DNA of 63,984 nucleotides, counting the filler. It is 4 parts of 4 records of this genome, joined end to end, with 100 filler letters (N's around TTAATTAATTAA, not from the genome) between each part and the next. Parts side by side here need not be neighbours in the genome. Positions count along the whole stretch, not along the records: positions 5,850 to 18,367 come from SRR31156797_5278; positions 18,468 to 34,169 come from SRR31156797_5279; 2 more parts are not named here. The stretch is one strand, 5' to 3'. A program made the position numbers and the translations under genes. Shown here in pieces: positions 9,068 to 18,700 of this stretch. Position 1 is the stretch's first letter; each line of letters opens with the position of its first letter. The notes beneath the pieces were generated by a model. The model saw only the letters and a list, made by a program, of their open reading frames with translations. It was not told where the DNA came from and did no database searches.

Positions 9068-10654
9068 ATGGATTATAAAACATATCAAGAATATTCAAAT
9101 ATTCAAGGGGCTTTAGATATTAGAAAAGAAAATGTTATAGAAACATTACAGCTCTTTGTTTTAATTTCAAATATTCAAAAATTGACTTTTTTAAAGTATG
9201 ATTTCAAATATAATAATTTTGTATATGGTTTTACTATTGATGGTTACAACCAAATAGAAGATGATTTAAACTTTATAAATAATAAATACTCTATTGTTCT
9301 AAAAGATGGAGATGTAATATTTGGAAAAATCACCTTTGATAGAAGAATTTGGTATAGACAAGTATTAAAAGAGTTATTAAAAAAGACTAAAATATCTTTA
9401 AGAAAAATATTTGAAATAGAAAAAGACTTATTGTCTCAAAACACACCTTTAAATATTTATATAATCACAGATAAAAACACTATTAAATTTGCAAATAAAC
9501 TTCAAACAAATCTTGATATTTTATTAAATGCAGATATCTCTATAATTTATGATATTACAAAAATAACAGAAAAACTAAATATGAAGAACTCTAAAAATAT
9601 TATCATTTATACAGTTCAAAACAGTGATTTAATTCAGGATGATGAAGAGATTTTAAGAAAGTTTAATGAGTTTGTTATAGTAGTTGGTCCAAATAACCAT
9701 AACCTTTCACTCCAATGTGGAAAACTAAATATTGAAAACTATGTATCAATTGATGAATTTTCACCAGAATTGATAAAAAACCTTATTCTTGATACAAAAC
9801 ACAAACTTATAAACAAAAACAAACATGATAATAAAATAATAGCTATTAGTGGTATTTCAGGAGGGATTGGATGTACAACAATCTCAATGAATACAGCAGA
9901 CATAATAGCAAGAAACAATCCAAATAAAAACATACTTTTTATTGATTTATCTACTACAAAAGCAATTAGTAATCTATTTTTGTCACAAAACCCTATTCCA
10001 ACAGAAACAATTATTGATTTAATCAATTATGGGGATTTTAATATCAAGAAAAACCTTGATTTAGGTCTTGTAAAAGTTAGAGAAAATTTCTACGCAATAA
10101 ATGGAATACAAAAACATATTGATAAAGATTTGTTAGAAAAAGATGTTTTTATAGAACAATTAATAGAGTACCTTTTAAAAGCAAGTGAACATTTCAATTA
10201 TATAGTGATTGATACAGGTATTTCTGACTCTTCATCTTTAAAAAGTACTATTTATGACTTGGTAAATGAAATTTGGGTTTTAACAGAAATGACTCTTCCC
10301 CATGTATCAAAACTAAAAACATTTTATTCGCTGATGAAAAGAGCAGGTCTTAAAGAAAAAGTTAATTTTATAGTAAACAGAGTTAACTCACTAAATGAGA
10401 TTACTGCATCAGATTTTGATTCTATTATGAATACAAGTGCAAAAGAAGAAAAACTTATTTATCTAAAAATCCCAAATGATTATTCAACTTTAGGAAAATG
10501 TTGGAATTATTGTGAATTGGCATCTTCTGTATCAAAAGAATCAGCTTTTGTAAAAACTTTATCTGAGATACTTTTACAAAAAGATTATTTTGAAGATAAC
10601 CCTAAAAAATCAAAAACTAAAAAAACTATTTTTTCATTTTTAAGTAAGGATTGA
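9068..10654 (+). CDS. TadZ/CpaE-like MinD-family pilus localisation ATPase
   Basis: Deviant Walker A GISGGIGCTT, ILFIDL, IVIDTG and IVNR; lies directly upstream of tadA. Confidence 0.75.
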   Translation: MDYKTYQEYSNIQGALDIRKENVIETLQLFVLISNIQKLTFLKYDFKYNNFVYGFTIDGYNQIEDDLNFINNKYSIVLKDGDVIFGKITFDRRIWYRQVLKELLKKTKISLRKIFEIEKDLLSQNTPLNIYIITDKNTIKFANKLQTNLDILLNADISIIYDITKITEKLNMKNSKNIIIYTVQNSDLIQDDEEILRKFNEFVIVVGPNNHNLSLQCGKLNIENYVSIDEFSPELIKNLILDTKHKLINKNKHDNKIIAISGISGGIGCTTISMNTADIIARNNPNKNILFIDLSTTKAISNLFLSQNPIPTETIIDLINYGDFNIKKNLDLGLVKVRENFYAINGIQKHIDKDLLEKDVFIEQLIEYLLKASEHFNYIVIDTGISDSSSLKSTIYDLVNEIWVLTEMTLPHVSKLKTFYSLMKRAGLKEKVNFIVNRVNSLNEITASDFDSIMNTSAKEEKLIYLKIPNDYSTLGKCWNYCELASSVSKESAFVKTLSEILLQKDYFEDNPKKSKTKKTIFSFLSKD

Positions 10655-12261
10655 TTTTGAGAAATTTAAGAAATTTAATTGCAGATGAAGAACAAAAAAA
10701 TGAAATAAAAAAACAATCATTTGCATATAATGATTCGGATGAAGAAGAAGTAAAAGAACAAACAAATAAAGAAAAACTAGAAAAAGTAAAAAAGAAATCA
10801 AAAGATTCACTTCTAGCATTTCCAAAAATATACCTAGATGAAAAATTACTTGAATTGGCATATGAGATAAATGATACATTTATGATAAATCTAAAATCAG
10901 ATAAAAAAATCACAAAAGACTCTTTGGAAGAGGTTTTACCTGAGTTTATATTATCTTTTAAACAAACAAATAAATTATCAAAAAATATTTTAGAAGAGAT
11001 AAAAGATTTTATCATGCACAATGTGATTGGATATGGACCAATTACTGCACTTTTTGATATAGCGAGAGATGGACTAAATGATGTTATTGTAAATACAAAA
11101 GATTATATAGATATTATTTATCAAGGTAGAACAATAGAAACACCTTTTACTTTTAGAACAGAAGAGGAACTAAGAAAAGTTATTGATAAAATGCTTGCAG
11201 AAAACAATAGAAAAATTGATGAAGCTCACCCTATTATGTCAAGTAAGCTTCAAGATGGTTCCAGAGTCGAAGTTCAAATTCCACCAATTGCAGCAAATGA
11301 TGGAAGCTGTATCACAATAAGAAAATTCAATGACTTACCACTGTTATTAGAGTTTTTAATTGATTCAGGACAAATGAACTATAAAATGGCATATTTTTTA
11401 TTGAAAGTTGCAAAAGGGAAATGTAATATGATTGTATCAGGTGGTACATCAAGTGGTAAAACAACCTTCTTAAATGCAATGACAAGATTTATTGACCCAA
11501 ATGAACAATTAATGGTTATTGAAGATACAAAAGAGATGCAACCACAAATGCCTTGTCACTCTATTAGACAATATGAAGCTAGAATGGCAAATGAAGAGGG
11601 TAAAGGTGCAATTACACTTGACTTCTTATTAAGATCGGCTCTTAGATCATCTCCAAGAAGAATTATTGTTGGGGAGTGTAGAGGTGGAGAGATTGTTGTT
11701 ATGTTAAATGCAATGAATACAGGTCACCCTGGTTCTATGACAACAGTTCACGCCGATAATACAAAAGAAGCAATGGTAAGAATTGAAAATATGTACTTAG
11801 AAGCTAGACCAACTGCTAATATTGGTTTTATTCGTGCACAAATGGTTTCTGCAATTGATATTATTATCCAATTAGTAAGATTTCCTGATGGAACAAGAAA
11901 AGTTATAACAATATCAGAAGTTGAAAAAAGAATAGAAGATGGAGCAGTTATATCTCTAAACAATATTTTTGAGTTTAAAAGAGATACTAGTGATATGACA
12001 AAAACAAGAGGAGACTTTGAAGTTTTATCAACACCAAGTAGAACAATAAATCAAATGAATATGTTTGGAGTTGATCTTGATACTTCAATATTTAATCCAG
12101 AATTTGAAATGCCAAAATCTATGTTAATAGAAGAGCTTGAAAAAGATTTACCAAATAAAATGTGTGGTTGGAAAGATGAGTTTATAGATATATTTTTAGA
12201 TAAAGATCCTCAACTTTTCCATAAATGGCCACACTTTCAAAAAGTAGGGAGTGAAATCTAA
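10651..12261 (+). CDS. tadA: TadA/CpaF pilus assembly ATPase
   Basis: GYGPI, ITIRKF, SGGTSSGKTT, IEDTKE, IIVGECRG and AMNTGHPGSMTTVHA. Confidence 0.93.
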   Translation: MILRNLRNLIADEEQKNEIKKQSFAYNDSDEEEVKEQTNKEKLEKVKKKSKDSLLAFPKIYLDEKLLELAYEINDTFMINLKSDKKITKDSLEEVLPEFILSFKQTNKLSKNILEEIKDFIMHNVIGYGPITALFDIARDGLNDVIVNTKDYIDIIYQGRTIETPFTFRTEEELRKVIDKMLAENNRKIDEAHPIMSSKLQDGSRVEVQIPPIAANDGSCITIRKFNDLPLLLEFLIDSGQMNYKMAYFLLKVAKGKCNMIVSGGTSSGKTTFLNAMTRFIDPNEQLMVIEDTKEMQPQMPCHSIRQYEARMANEEGKGAITLDFLLRSALRSSPRRIIVGECRGGEIVVMLNAMNTGHPGSMTTVHADNTKEAMVRIENMYLEARPTANIGFIRAQMVSAIDIIIQLVRFPDGTRKVITISEVEKRIEDGAVISLNNIFEFKRDTSDMTKTRGDFEVLSTPSRTINQMNMFGVDLDTSIFNPEFEMPKSMLIEELEKDLPNKMCGWKDEFIDIFLDKDPQLFHKWPHFQKVGSEI

Positions 12262-12264
12262 AAT

Positions 12265-13194
12265 ATGAACACAAATGTAATTGTTTTAATTATTGTTATA
12301 CCAATATTATCACTTATTAGTTTAGTATTAATCTACAACTACATACAAAATCTAAATAAACAAAATAAAATAATTAAACAATTATCAAAAGACCAACATA
12401 AAATTTTAGATGAAAAAGCTAAACGTTCCCTTTTTAGTAAAAAAGAAAGAAATTGGCTTGGGAAGAAACTCTCTTATGCTGGGTTTTTAAACCCTCTTGC
12501 AGAGCTTTATTTTATCGTAATATCTATTGCTTTTGGTTTTCTAGCTGGGGCTTTTGTGAATTTTGCAATACCAAATCCTGTTGTTTTTATTATAAGTTGG
12601 GCGATATTTTCTTTTTTCCCACTTTTAATATTAAAAAAATTAATTGACAATAGACAAGAAGATTTTAACTATGGTTTAAAAGTAATCATTGATAAAGTGA
12701 CAAGTATGATGAAAAGTGGTATGGGTTTTGAACAGGCTTTAAAAAAATCTGTTGTTACTTCAAAATCTAAATTCACAAAAGATACATTTAATATCTATTT
12801 AACAGAAAAAGATATAATTGGTGAAGATAAAGCTTTTGAAAAAATGTTTAAACTTGTAGAATCAAAAGAGTTAAGAATATTTTATCTAACAATCTCTATC
12901 GGTAGACAATCGGGTGGTAAGTTTTCAAATACATTGGAAAAACTTAGAAAAACACTTCATGACCAAGGGGAGATAAAACAAGAGATAACGGCTTCAACAA
13001 AAGAGATTAAAGTTGGAAGTTATATGATTATAGGGCTTGTTGTATTTACTTACCAAATGATGGATAGTTCTTTAGACGGTGCATTAGATGCTCATTTTTT
13101 TGGTTCAAGTGAGGGTCAAATTCAAATGTTTTTTATTGCAGTTTGGGTTGCATTTGGAATATTTGTAAACAATATACTAACAAAGGTTAAATAA
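12265..13194 (+). CDS. tadB: TadB inner-membrane platform protein
   Basis: T2SSF-like MKSGMGFEQAL...SGGKFSNTLEKL; follows tadA. Confidence 0.8.
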   Translation: MNTNVIVLIIVIPILSLISLVLIYNYIQNLNKQNKIIKQLSKDQHKILDEKAKRSLFSKKERNWLGKKLSYAGFLNPLAELYFIVISIAFGFLAGAFVNFAIPNPVVFIISWAIFSFFPLLILKKLIDNRQEDFNYGLKVIIDKVTSMMKSGMGFEQALKKSVVTSKSKFTKDTFNIYLTEKDIIGEDKAFEKMFKLVESKELRIFYLTISIGRQSGGKFSNTLEKLRKTLHDQGEIKQEITASTKEIKVGSYMIIGLVVFTYQMMDSSLDGALDAHFFGSSEGQIQMFFIAVWVAFGIFVNNILTKVK

Positions 13195-14036
13195 TGAATA
13201 TAATATATTTTCTACCTGTAATAGTCATATTAATAATTATTATTTTATGGTATATTAATGATTCGAAAGGACAAAAAAAACATATTGTTCAATTATCAAA
13301 ATTAGATGCATTAGCAATTATTGACCAACAAAAAGAAGTAAAAGATAGAGATGATAGTAATGATGACAAAAATCTTTATTTTCAACTAGTCCAAGCTGGT
13401 CTTACAAAAAAAGAGTATAACGAAGGCAAATTAGTTTTCGTTCTTATAGGGCTAATTCTTGGTGTTGCCCTACCTTTATTATTTGATTTTACAATTGGTT
13501 TAATAGGAATCATAATAGGAGTTGTATTAGTTGTTTTTGGAGGGAAGTTATATATTTATATTTCTAAAACAGAAAGAGCTGAAAAAATTGATGCTGATCT
13601 AGGTATATTTCTTGATTTGATTAATGTAATTCTTGAGGCTGGTGGAGGATTAAAAAACGCATTTTTTACTGTTTCAACCAGAGCAAATGGAATATTAGAT
13701 GAAGAATTGTTAAAAGAGATTGCAATATTAGAATATGAGATGACAAACTACTCTACGAAAAAAGCATATGAAAATTTAAAAAGAAGAGTAGACTCTGATG
13801 ACTTAGGGAAAATAGTAGATTTTTTAATATTAAGTGAAGAAGCAGGAATTGGTGTAAAAAACATATTTTCTGCACAATCTGATGAGATGAGACAAGAAAA
13901 ATTTTATAAAATTAAAGGGAAGGTAAATACTCTAAATATGTATCTTATTTTGGTTTTATTTGTTTTTGTTTTACCTGCTCTTGGAGCATTTATTATCTTC
14001 CCTATGATGGCTGGAAGATTAGAATTTGGGATATAA
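13194..14036 (+). CDS. tadC: TadC inner-membrane platform protein
   Basis: FLDLINVILEAGGGL...SEEAGIG...QSDEMR plus a C-terminal TM with FVLP. Confidence 0.8.
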   Translation: MNIIYFLPVIVILIIIILWYINDSKGQKKHIVQLSKLDALAIIDQQKEVKDRDDSNDDKNLYFQLVQAGLTKKEYNEGKLVFVLIGLILGVALPLLFDFTIGLIGIIIGVVLVVFGGKLYIYISKTERAEKIDADLGIFLDLINVILEAGGGLKNAFFTVSTRANGILDEELLKEIAILEYEMTNYSTKKAYENLKRRVDSDDLGKIVDFLILSEEAGIGVKNIFSAQSDEMRQEKFYKIKGKVNTLNMYLILVLFVFVLPALGAFIIFPMMAGRLEFGI

Positions 14037-14051
14037 AGGATAAGGAATAAT

Positions 14052-15188
14052 ATGAAGTTTGACAAACAACTAGCAATAATTTTAGTACTTGTTTCAATGC
14101 TGCTATCAGCAATTGCAATATCTTTTTATTTTTATACAGAAAAAGAACAAATTGCACAAAATAATAGTAAACTTGTAACTATTTTTGTAGCTAAAGAAAA
14201 TATCAAAAAGAATTCATTGATTACTGATAATATGATTAAGCAAACAGTTATAGCAAGACAATATGTTTTAACTAAACCCTTACTAAAAAATGAGATTGTT
14301 GGTAAATATGCAAAAGAGAGTCTTTATCAAAATGAAGCTTTTTTAAAAGAGAAACTATCTAATAAAATCGAAATAGAAGAAGCAAAAACTATCAAGTTTG
14401 AATACAACAGTTACAACATGAGTATGAAACTATTCCAAAACCCAAACTATTCAATCTTTCCTGGTGATATTATTAAAATCATTTCTGTATTCCCAAGAGA
14501 ACAAGAAGCAAATAGATACTCAGTTCAATATGTTGCAAAAAATATAAGAGTTTTAGGATTTTTAACTGAAGGTGAAGAGATTGATAGACCAATTTATAAA
14601 AAGAAAGTAAAAAGATTGGTAAATAAAAAACAAGTTGAAGAACTTGTAGATATTAAAGTTGATGAAGTAGTTTTAGATATAAAAGAGAAAATTCTACTAA
14701 AACTAATCAATGATTATAATAAAGGTAAACAGCTTTGGATGGTTAAATCAAAAGTAGAAGATGAAGATGAAAAAATTGTAAAGATTTCAACTCCAAAAAC
14801 AAAAACTGAGAAAAAATATAAACCAGTAAAAAGAACTTATCCACTTAAATGGTATAAACCAAAACAAAAAGTAATAACAAAAACAGCAGTTATTAGTTAT
14901 GCAAATAGTAAAGATAAAATTACGAAAAAAGCAAAAATTGTAGACGATTTATCTCAATGTGAAAAGTCAGACAAGTTATTATTAGGGACTTCAAATAATA
15001 TTTACCTAAGAAACAACCCTTCATATAGAGCTAAAATTCATAAAAAAGTTTATAAAAACTACATCTTGCCTTATATTGAAGTTTCAAATATCAATACAAA
15101 TTGGTATAGGTTATGTGATGGTAGCTATGTAAATAAAAAAGATGTAAAGATTATAAATCAAGATCAAGTAAATGGTGTAAAGAGATAA
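14052..15188 (+). CDS. CpaB/RcpC-like SAF-domain protein with a C-terminal SH3b-like domain
   Basis: N-terminal TM, SAF-like FVAKENIKKNSLIT, IFPGDII and VAKNIRVL; C-terminal IYLRNNPS...WYRL.DGSYV. Confidence 0.7.
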   Translation: MKFDKQLAIILVLVSMLLSAIAISFYFYTEKEQIAQNNSKLVTIFVAKENIKKNSLITDNMIKQTVIARQYVLTKPLLKNEIVGKYAKESLYQNEAFLKEKLSNKIEIEEAKTIKFEYNSYNMSMKLFQNPNYSIFPGDIIKIISVFPREQEANRYSVQYVAKNIRVLGFLTEGEEIDRPIYKKKVKRLVNKKQVEELVDIKVDEVVLDIKEKILLKLINDYNKGKQLWMVKSKVEDEDEKIVKISTPKTKTEKKYKPVKRTYPLKWYKPKQKVITKTAVISYANSKDKITKKAKIVDDLSQCEKSDKLLLGTSNNIYLRNNPSYRAKIHKKVYKNYILPYIEVSNINTNWYRLCDGSYVNKKDVKIINQDQVNGVKR

Positions 15189-15191
15189 AAG

Positions 15192-15641
15192 ATGTTAAAA
15201 AAAAAGAATACAAATCTTAAAAGTGCATACATTGAAAATGTAATTATCTGGATGATAATGCTAATAGGATTTGCAACTTTTTTCTTTTTTGTAATTGACT
15301 ATGCAGTTATTGTAAGGGTAAAAGATAATATGGATGCAATGAGTGATTATGGAGCAAGGGCAATATCTGTAAATGGTACAGACCAAACAGTTTTAGATAA
15401 TCTTGTAAGTAGATTTAATGATATGAAAGTAAATGGCTTACAAACTGTAAGCTCAGCAAATATTACATGTAACTCTGTTACAGATAGTCCACCAAGATAT
15501 CAGGTTATTTTTACTACACAAACAGCAGCAGACAACAGTGTAGAATTTTATAGTCAACAATTAGTTAGTACAAGAGCAGTATTTAACGAAACAGATGCAC
15601 AAACAGTAACATGTATATTAACTGTTACATACACAAATTAG
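15192..15641 (+). CDS. TadE/F-like minor pilin
   Basis: Basic leader KSA|YIEN, a hydrophobic helix and a DYGARA motif, in the tad context. Confidence 0.6.
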   Translation: MLKKKNTNLKSAYIENVIIWMIMLIGFATFFFFVIDYAVIVRVKDNMDAMSDYGARAISVNGTDQTVLDNLVSRFNDMKVNGLQTVSSANITCNSVTDSPPRYQVIFTTQTAADNSVEFYSQQLVSTRAVFNETDAQTVTCILTVTYTN

Positions 15642-15647
15642 GAGTAT

Positions 15648-17168
15648 ATGATGAAATTATCTATTAGGATATTAGTTTTTTTATTTTTATTATCTTTTAT
15701 AGCAAAGGCTTATGATATAAATGATAAAGTGATTTATCAAAAAGATTTTGAAAATAAAACTATCTATCTACCTTTAAACAACTATCGTACTCTTGTATTT
15801 GATAAAAGAATAAAACATATTCAATTAACAAACAATGAAAATATAAGTGCTGATTTTATTGATAGTCATAATGCTCCACTTACAAGTTTAAAAGTATTAG
15901 GAAAAACAATTGGAAATGAAAGTGCAATTGTAACACTTGAAGACAATCAACACTTACAAATCAACTTTAGTATCATGCAAAACCTTGATACTATAATCTC
16001 AATAGTTAAAGCAACTTTCCCTGATTTAATAATCGAACAAGCAAATGACACAATAGTTTTAAAAGGTTTTGTAAAAGATTACAAAGAGAAAGATGCAGTT
16101 ATTGATATCTTTAAAAAAGCAGGAATTGTTATAGAGGAAAAATTAGTTGATTTGATAGAAACTTCAACTCCATCAAAAATGATTAGAGTAAAGCTTTATG
16201 CTGTTGAGATAAACAATGATGATGGCATAGATTTAAAAAATAACTGGACAGTTTCTGCAAGAAACTATATGGTGACAGAAGAGACTGAAGGTAGGTACAC
16301 ATATACTGATACTTCAAATGGTGGAAATTTAGCACAACTAAATGGAGATGTTACAGCTGCGCTTGATAATATTTTATCTAGTGCTGTTACATTAACAGGT
16401 GGCTTAAGTGGTGCAGCAAACTACTTAAGTGAGTTTTTTAATACCTCATTAGTACTTCAATATTTAGAGAGTGAAGGTGTTGCTAATATCATAGATGAAA
16501 CAACATTGATGACTTTAGAGAACAAAGATGCATCTTTTCATGCTGGGGGTTCTATTAGAATTAAAACACAAACTACCACAGCAGAAGGTGTTCCTTCAAC
16601 TGATATTGAAAAAATAGATTATGGGTTACAACTTGATATCAAAGCTAAAAATGTTATGAAAAACAACTATATAGATTTAGAAATAACTACTAGTTCAACT
16701 GAAATTGACTGGACAAATACTGTTGATGATATCCCAAGTTTTACAGAAAAAGAGATAAAAACTAATGTATTAGCAAAAAATCGTTCGACTATAGTTTTAG
16801 GTGGACTAATCAGTAACGAAAACTCATATGATGTAGAAGCAATCCCTTTACTAAAAGATATACCTGTACTAGGATATCTTTTTACTAGTAAAGCTTTTAA
16901 AGAGGGAAAAAGTGAATTAGTATTTTTTATCACACCAGAAGTTGTTGATCCTGCAAGTAACAACCAAACAAGACAATATAAAACTACAAAAGAAAAGATG
17001 CTAAATACATCTAAATATAGAAATGAAGTTTATATGGATGAAGAAAAAAAAGAGATAAAAAAAGAAAATGAACAAAAACAAGAAGTTAAAACGAAAGTAG
17101 AAGAAAAAAAACTAAATGAAGAAGATTTACACCAAAAAAGGATAAATGAGATACTTGGTTATCACTAA
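15648..17168 (+). CDS. RcpA/CpaC secretin
   Basis: Signal peptide; ASFHAGG, YGLQLDI, TIVLGGLI and IPLLKDIPVLGYLF...ELVFFITPEV. Confidence 0.9.
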   Translation: MMKLSIRILVFLFLLSFIAKAYDINDKVIYQKDFENKTIYLPLNNYRTLVFDKRIKHIQLTNNENISADFIDSHNAPLTSLKVLGKTIGNESAIVTLEDNQHLQINFSIMQNLDTIISIVKATFPDLIIEQANDTIVLKGFVKDYKEKDAVIDIFKKAGIVIEEKLVDLIETSTPSKMIRVKLYAVEINNDDGIDLKNNWTVSARNYMVTEETEGRYTYTDTSNGGNLAQLNGDVTAALDNILSSAVTLTGGLSGAANYLSEFFNTSLVLQYLESEGVANIIDETTLMTLENKDASFHAGGSIRIKTQTTTAEGVPSTDIEKIDYGLQLDIKAKNVMKNNYIDLEITTSSTEIDWTNTVDDIPSFTEKEIKTNVLAKNRSTIVLGGLISNENSYDVEAIPLLKDIPVLGYLFTSKAFKEGKSELVFFITPEVVDPASNNQTRQYKTTKEKMLNTSKYRNEVYMDEEKKEIKKENEQKQEVKTKVEEKKLNEEDLHQKRINEILGYH

Positions 17169-17175
17169 TCAAATA

Positions 17176-17184
17176 TGTTATAAT
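17176..17184 (+). promoter_or_regulatory. Extended -10 promoter element (TGnTATAAT) upstream of the second TadG-like gene
   Basis: TGTTATAAT, 24 nt before the ATG at 17208. Confidence 0.5.
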
Positions 17185-17207
17185 TTAATTATTTAGTTAG
17201 GATTGAT

Positions 17208-18200
17208 ATGAAAAAAGCATTAATAGACCAATTACTTTTAGGATTTTTTTTACTAGTTGTAATTACTGTTTTTGTTGCAACTGTAAACGATGATAGAACT
17301 GCAAGAGATAAATACTACAGTCTAAAAAACCTAACTAATACTTCAGTATTAGCAATGGGAAATTATTTCCTTGATGTAGAAGAAAATACAACAAATGCTG
17401 AACAAATTTCAGATGACTTACTAGCTCAAAGTCCTTTAGGCAATCAAGTTGTAGATGCTATTACATACTCTTGGGATATGGCTTCAAATCCAAGAACAGT
17501 TACTGCAACTATTTCAAACTATCAACATCCAAACTTTTGGTATAAATTTTTAGATTTAAACTTTTTTACACTTGAAGCTAGTTCAACAGCACAACTAAAC
17601 AATGGCTATGTCACAGACTTTGTTCCTATTGTAGTAAATGGATGTACTCAAACTTTTAATATAGGAAATAGATTTGATTATCTATTAAAATCATACGATC
17701 TTTATGATGACCATGATAATGTCGGTTTCTTTGGAGCTTATGACCCAAGTGGAGGACAATCTTCTTTTGCACACCTTAAAAACCTAGTTAATACAGTTTT
17801 ATCTGGTGGAACTAGTGAATTTGATTTAGATGAAAATTTAAATGTGGCTACAGTTGATTCTTCACAAATTGCAAATGATGTAAAACAAATAGCTCAAGCT
17901 TTCACTATTGCAAGTTTTTCAAGTACTCCAATGAGTATTGTTGAAGCTCAATGTGGGAGTACTGCTGATAACCTGATTATTGAAAGAGTATTTAATATTA
18001 CAATGGAGGGTGTTTATTGTGGTGATGGATGTATAAATCCATCAATAAACGATTGCCAACTTACTGATGTTACAGGTGGTATTTTTACAGCAATGGATTG
18101 GGATACAGCTGTTAGTTCATGTAACAGTGAAGAGTTTTTTAGAATAAACTTTGTGATTGATGATATTTTACAAAGAGAAGCAGTATTAGCAGATAATTAA
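17208..18200 (+). CDS. Second TadG-like minor pilin
   Basis: The N-terminal ~120 aa is paralogous to 6695 (MKKAxxDQLxLGFxLLV..FVATV.D; FWY[KR]FL); the C-terminus differs and is Cys-rich. Confidence 0.65.
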   Translation: MKKALIDQLLLGFFLLVVITVFVATVNDDRTARDKYYSLKNLTNTSVLAMGNYFLDVEENTTNAEQISDDLLAQSPLGNQVVDAITYSWDMASNPRTVTATISNYQHPNFWYKFLDLNFFTLEASSTAQLNNGYVTDFVPIVVNGCTQTFNIGNRFDYLLKSYDLYDDHDNVGFFGAYDPSGGQSSFAHLKNLVNTVLSGGTSEFDLDENLNVATVDSSQIANDVKQIAQAFTIASFSSTPMSIVEAQCGSTADNLIIERVFNITMEGVYCGDGCINPSINDCQLTDVTGGIFTAMDWDTAVSSCNSEEFFRINFVIDDILQREAVLADN

Positions 18201-18367
18201 TCTTTAATTCTATCTACTAATTGGCTAGGAAGTAATCCTAAATCCTCTTCTACAAGTTTAGTATCCCCGTGTTGAATAAAGTCATCTTCATACTCAAATG
18301 AAACCACATCAACATTTTTGATTTTTTCTTTATTTAGAAACTCTAAAATTGCACTTGCAACTCCACC
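18197..18367 (-). CDS. dxs: 1-deoxy-D-xylulose-5-phosphate synthase, C-terminal fragment cut by the contig edge
   Basis: The minus strand reads GGVASAILEFL...VSFEYEDDFIQHGDTKLVEEDLGLLP..., which matches the DXS C-terminus in Campylobacterota style. Confidence 0.8.
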   Translation of the reverse strand, partial: GGVASAILEFLNKEKIKNVDVVSFEYEDDFIQHGDTKLVEEDLGLLPSQLVDRIKD

Positions 18368-18467
18368 NNNNNNNNNNNNNNNNNNNNNNNNNNNNNNNNN
18401 NNNNNNNNNNNTTAATTAATTAANNNNNNNNNNNNNNNNNNNNNNNNNNNNNNNNNNNNNNNNNNNN
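18368..18467. other. Artificial contig spacer
   Basis: N run with TTAATTAATTAA. Confidence 0.98.
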
Positions 18468-18481
18468 ACCCTATTTGCTCA

Positions 18482-18521
18482 TTGTCAAGCAATTGTTAAG
18501 GATTTGTTAATTTTATGTTAA
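18482..18521. promoter_or_regulatory. Four 7-bp direct repeats at an 11-bp period (Pho-box/OmpR-family-like operator)
   Basis: TTGTCAA at 18482, TTGTTAA at 18493, TTGTTAA at 18504 and ATGTTAA at 18515. Confidence 0.55.
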
Positions 18522-18531
18522 CAATGTCTGA

Positions 18532-18594
18532 GGTCGCTGGTTACTGGCTACTGGTGACCGGCTACTGGTCACTGGTTACTGGTCACTGGTTACC
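18532..18594. repeat. Intergenic heptamer tandem repeat, 9 x GG(T/C)NAC(T/C)
   Basis: ggtcgct ggttact ggctact ggtgacc ggctact ggtcact ggttact ggtcact ggttacc. Confidence 0.9.
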
Positions 18595-18602
18595 GATAAT
18601 AC

Positions 18603-18630
18603 AAAAGCCCGACTAACGCCGGGCTCCTGT
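18603..18630 (-). terminator. Rho-independent terminator for the leftward secreted-protein genes
   Basis: The minus strand reads AGCCCGGCGTTAGTCGGGCT followed by TTTGT. Confidence 0.6.
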
Positions 18631-18700
18631 TTAGAGAGAGAGTCTTTATATAAGCATTAAGGTTAAGAACATCTTACTTAATCTTAATCTTTAAACTTAT

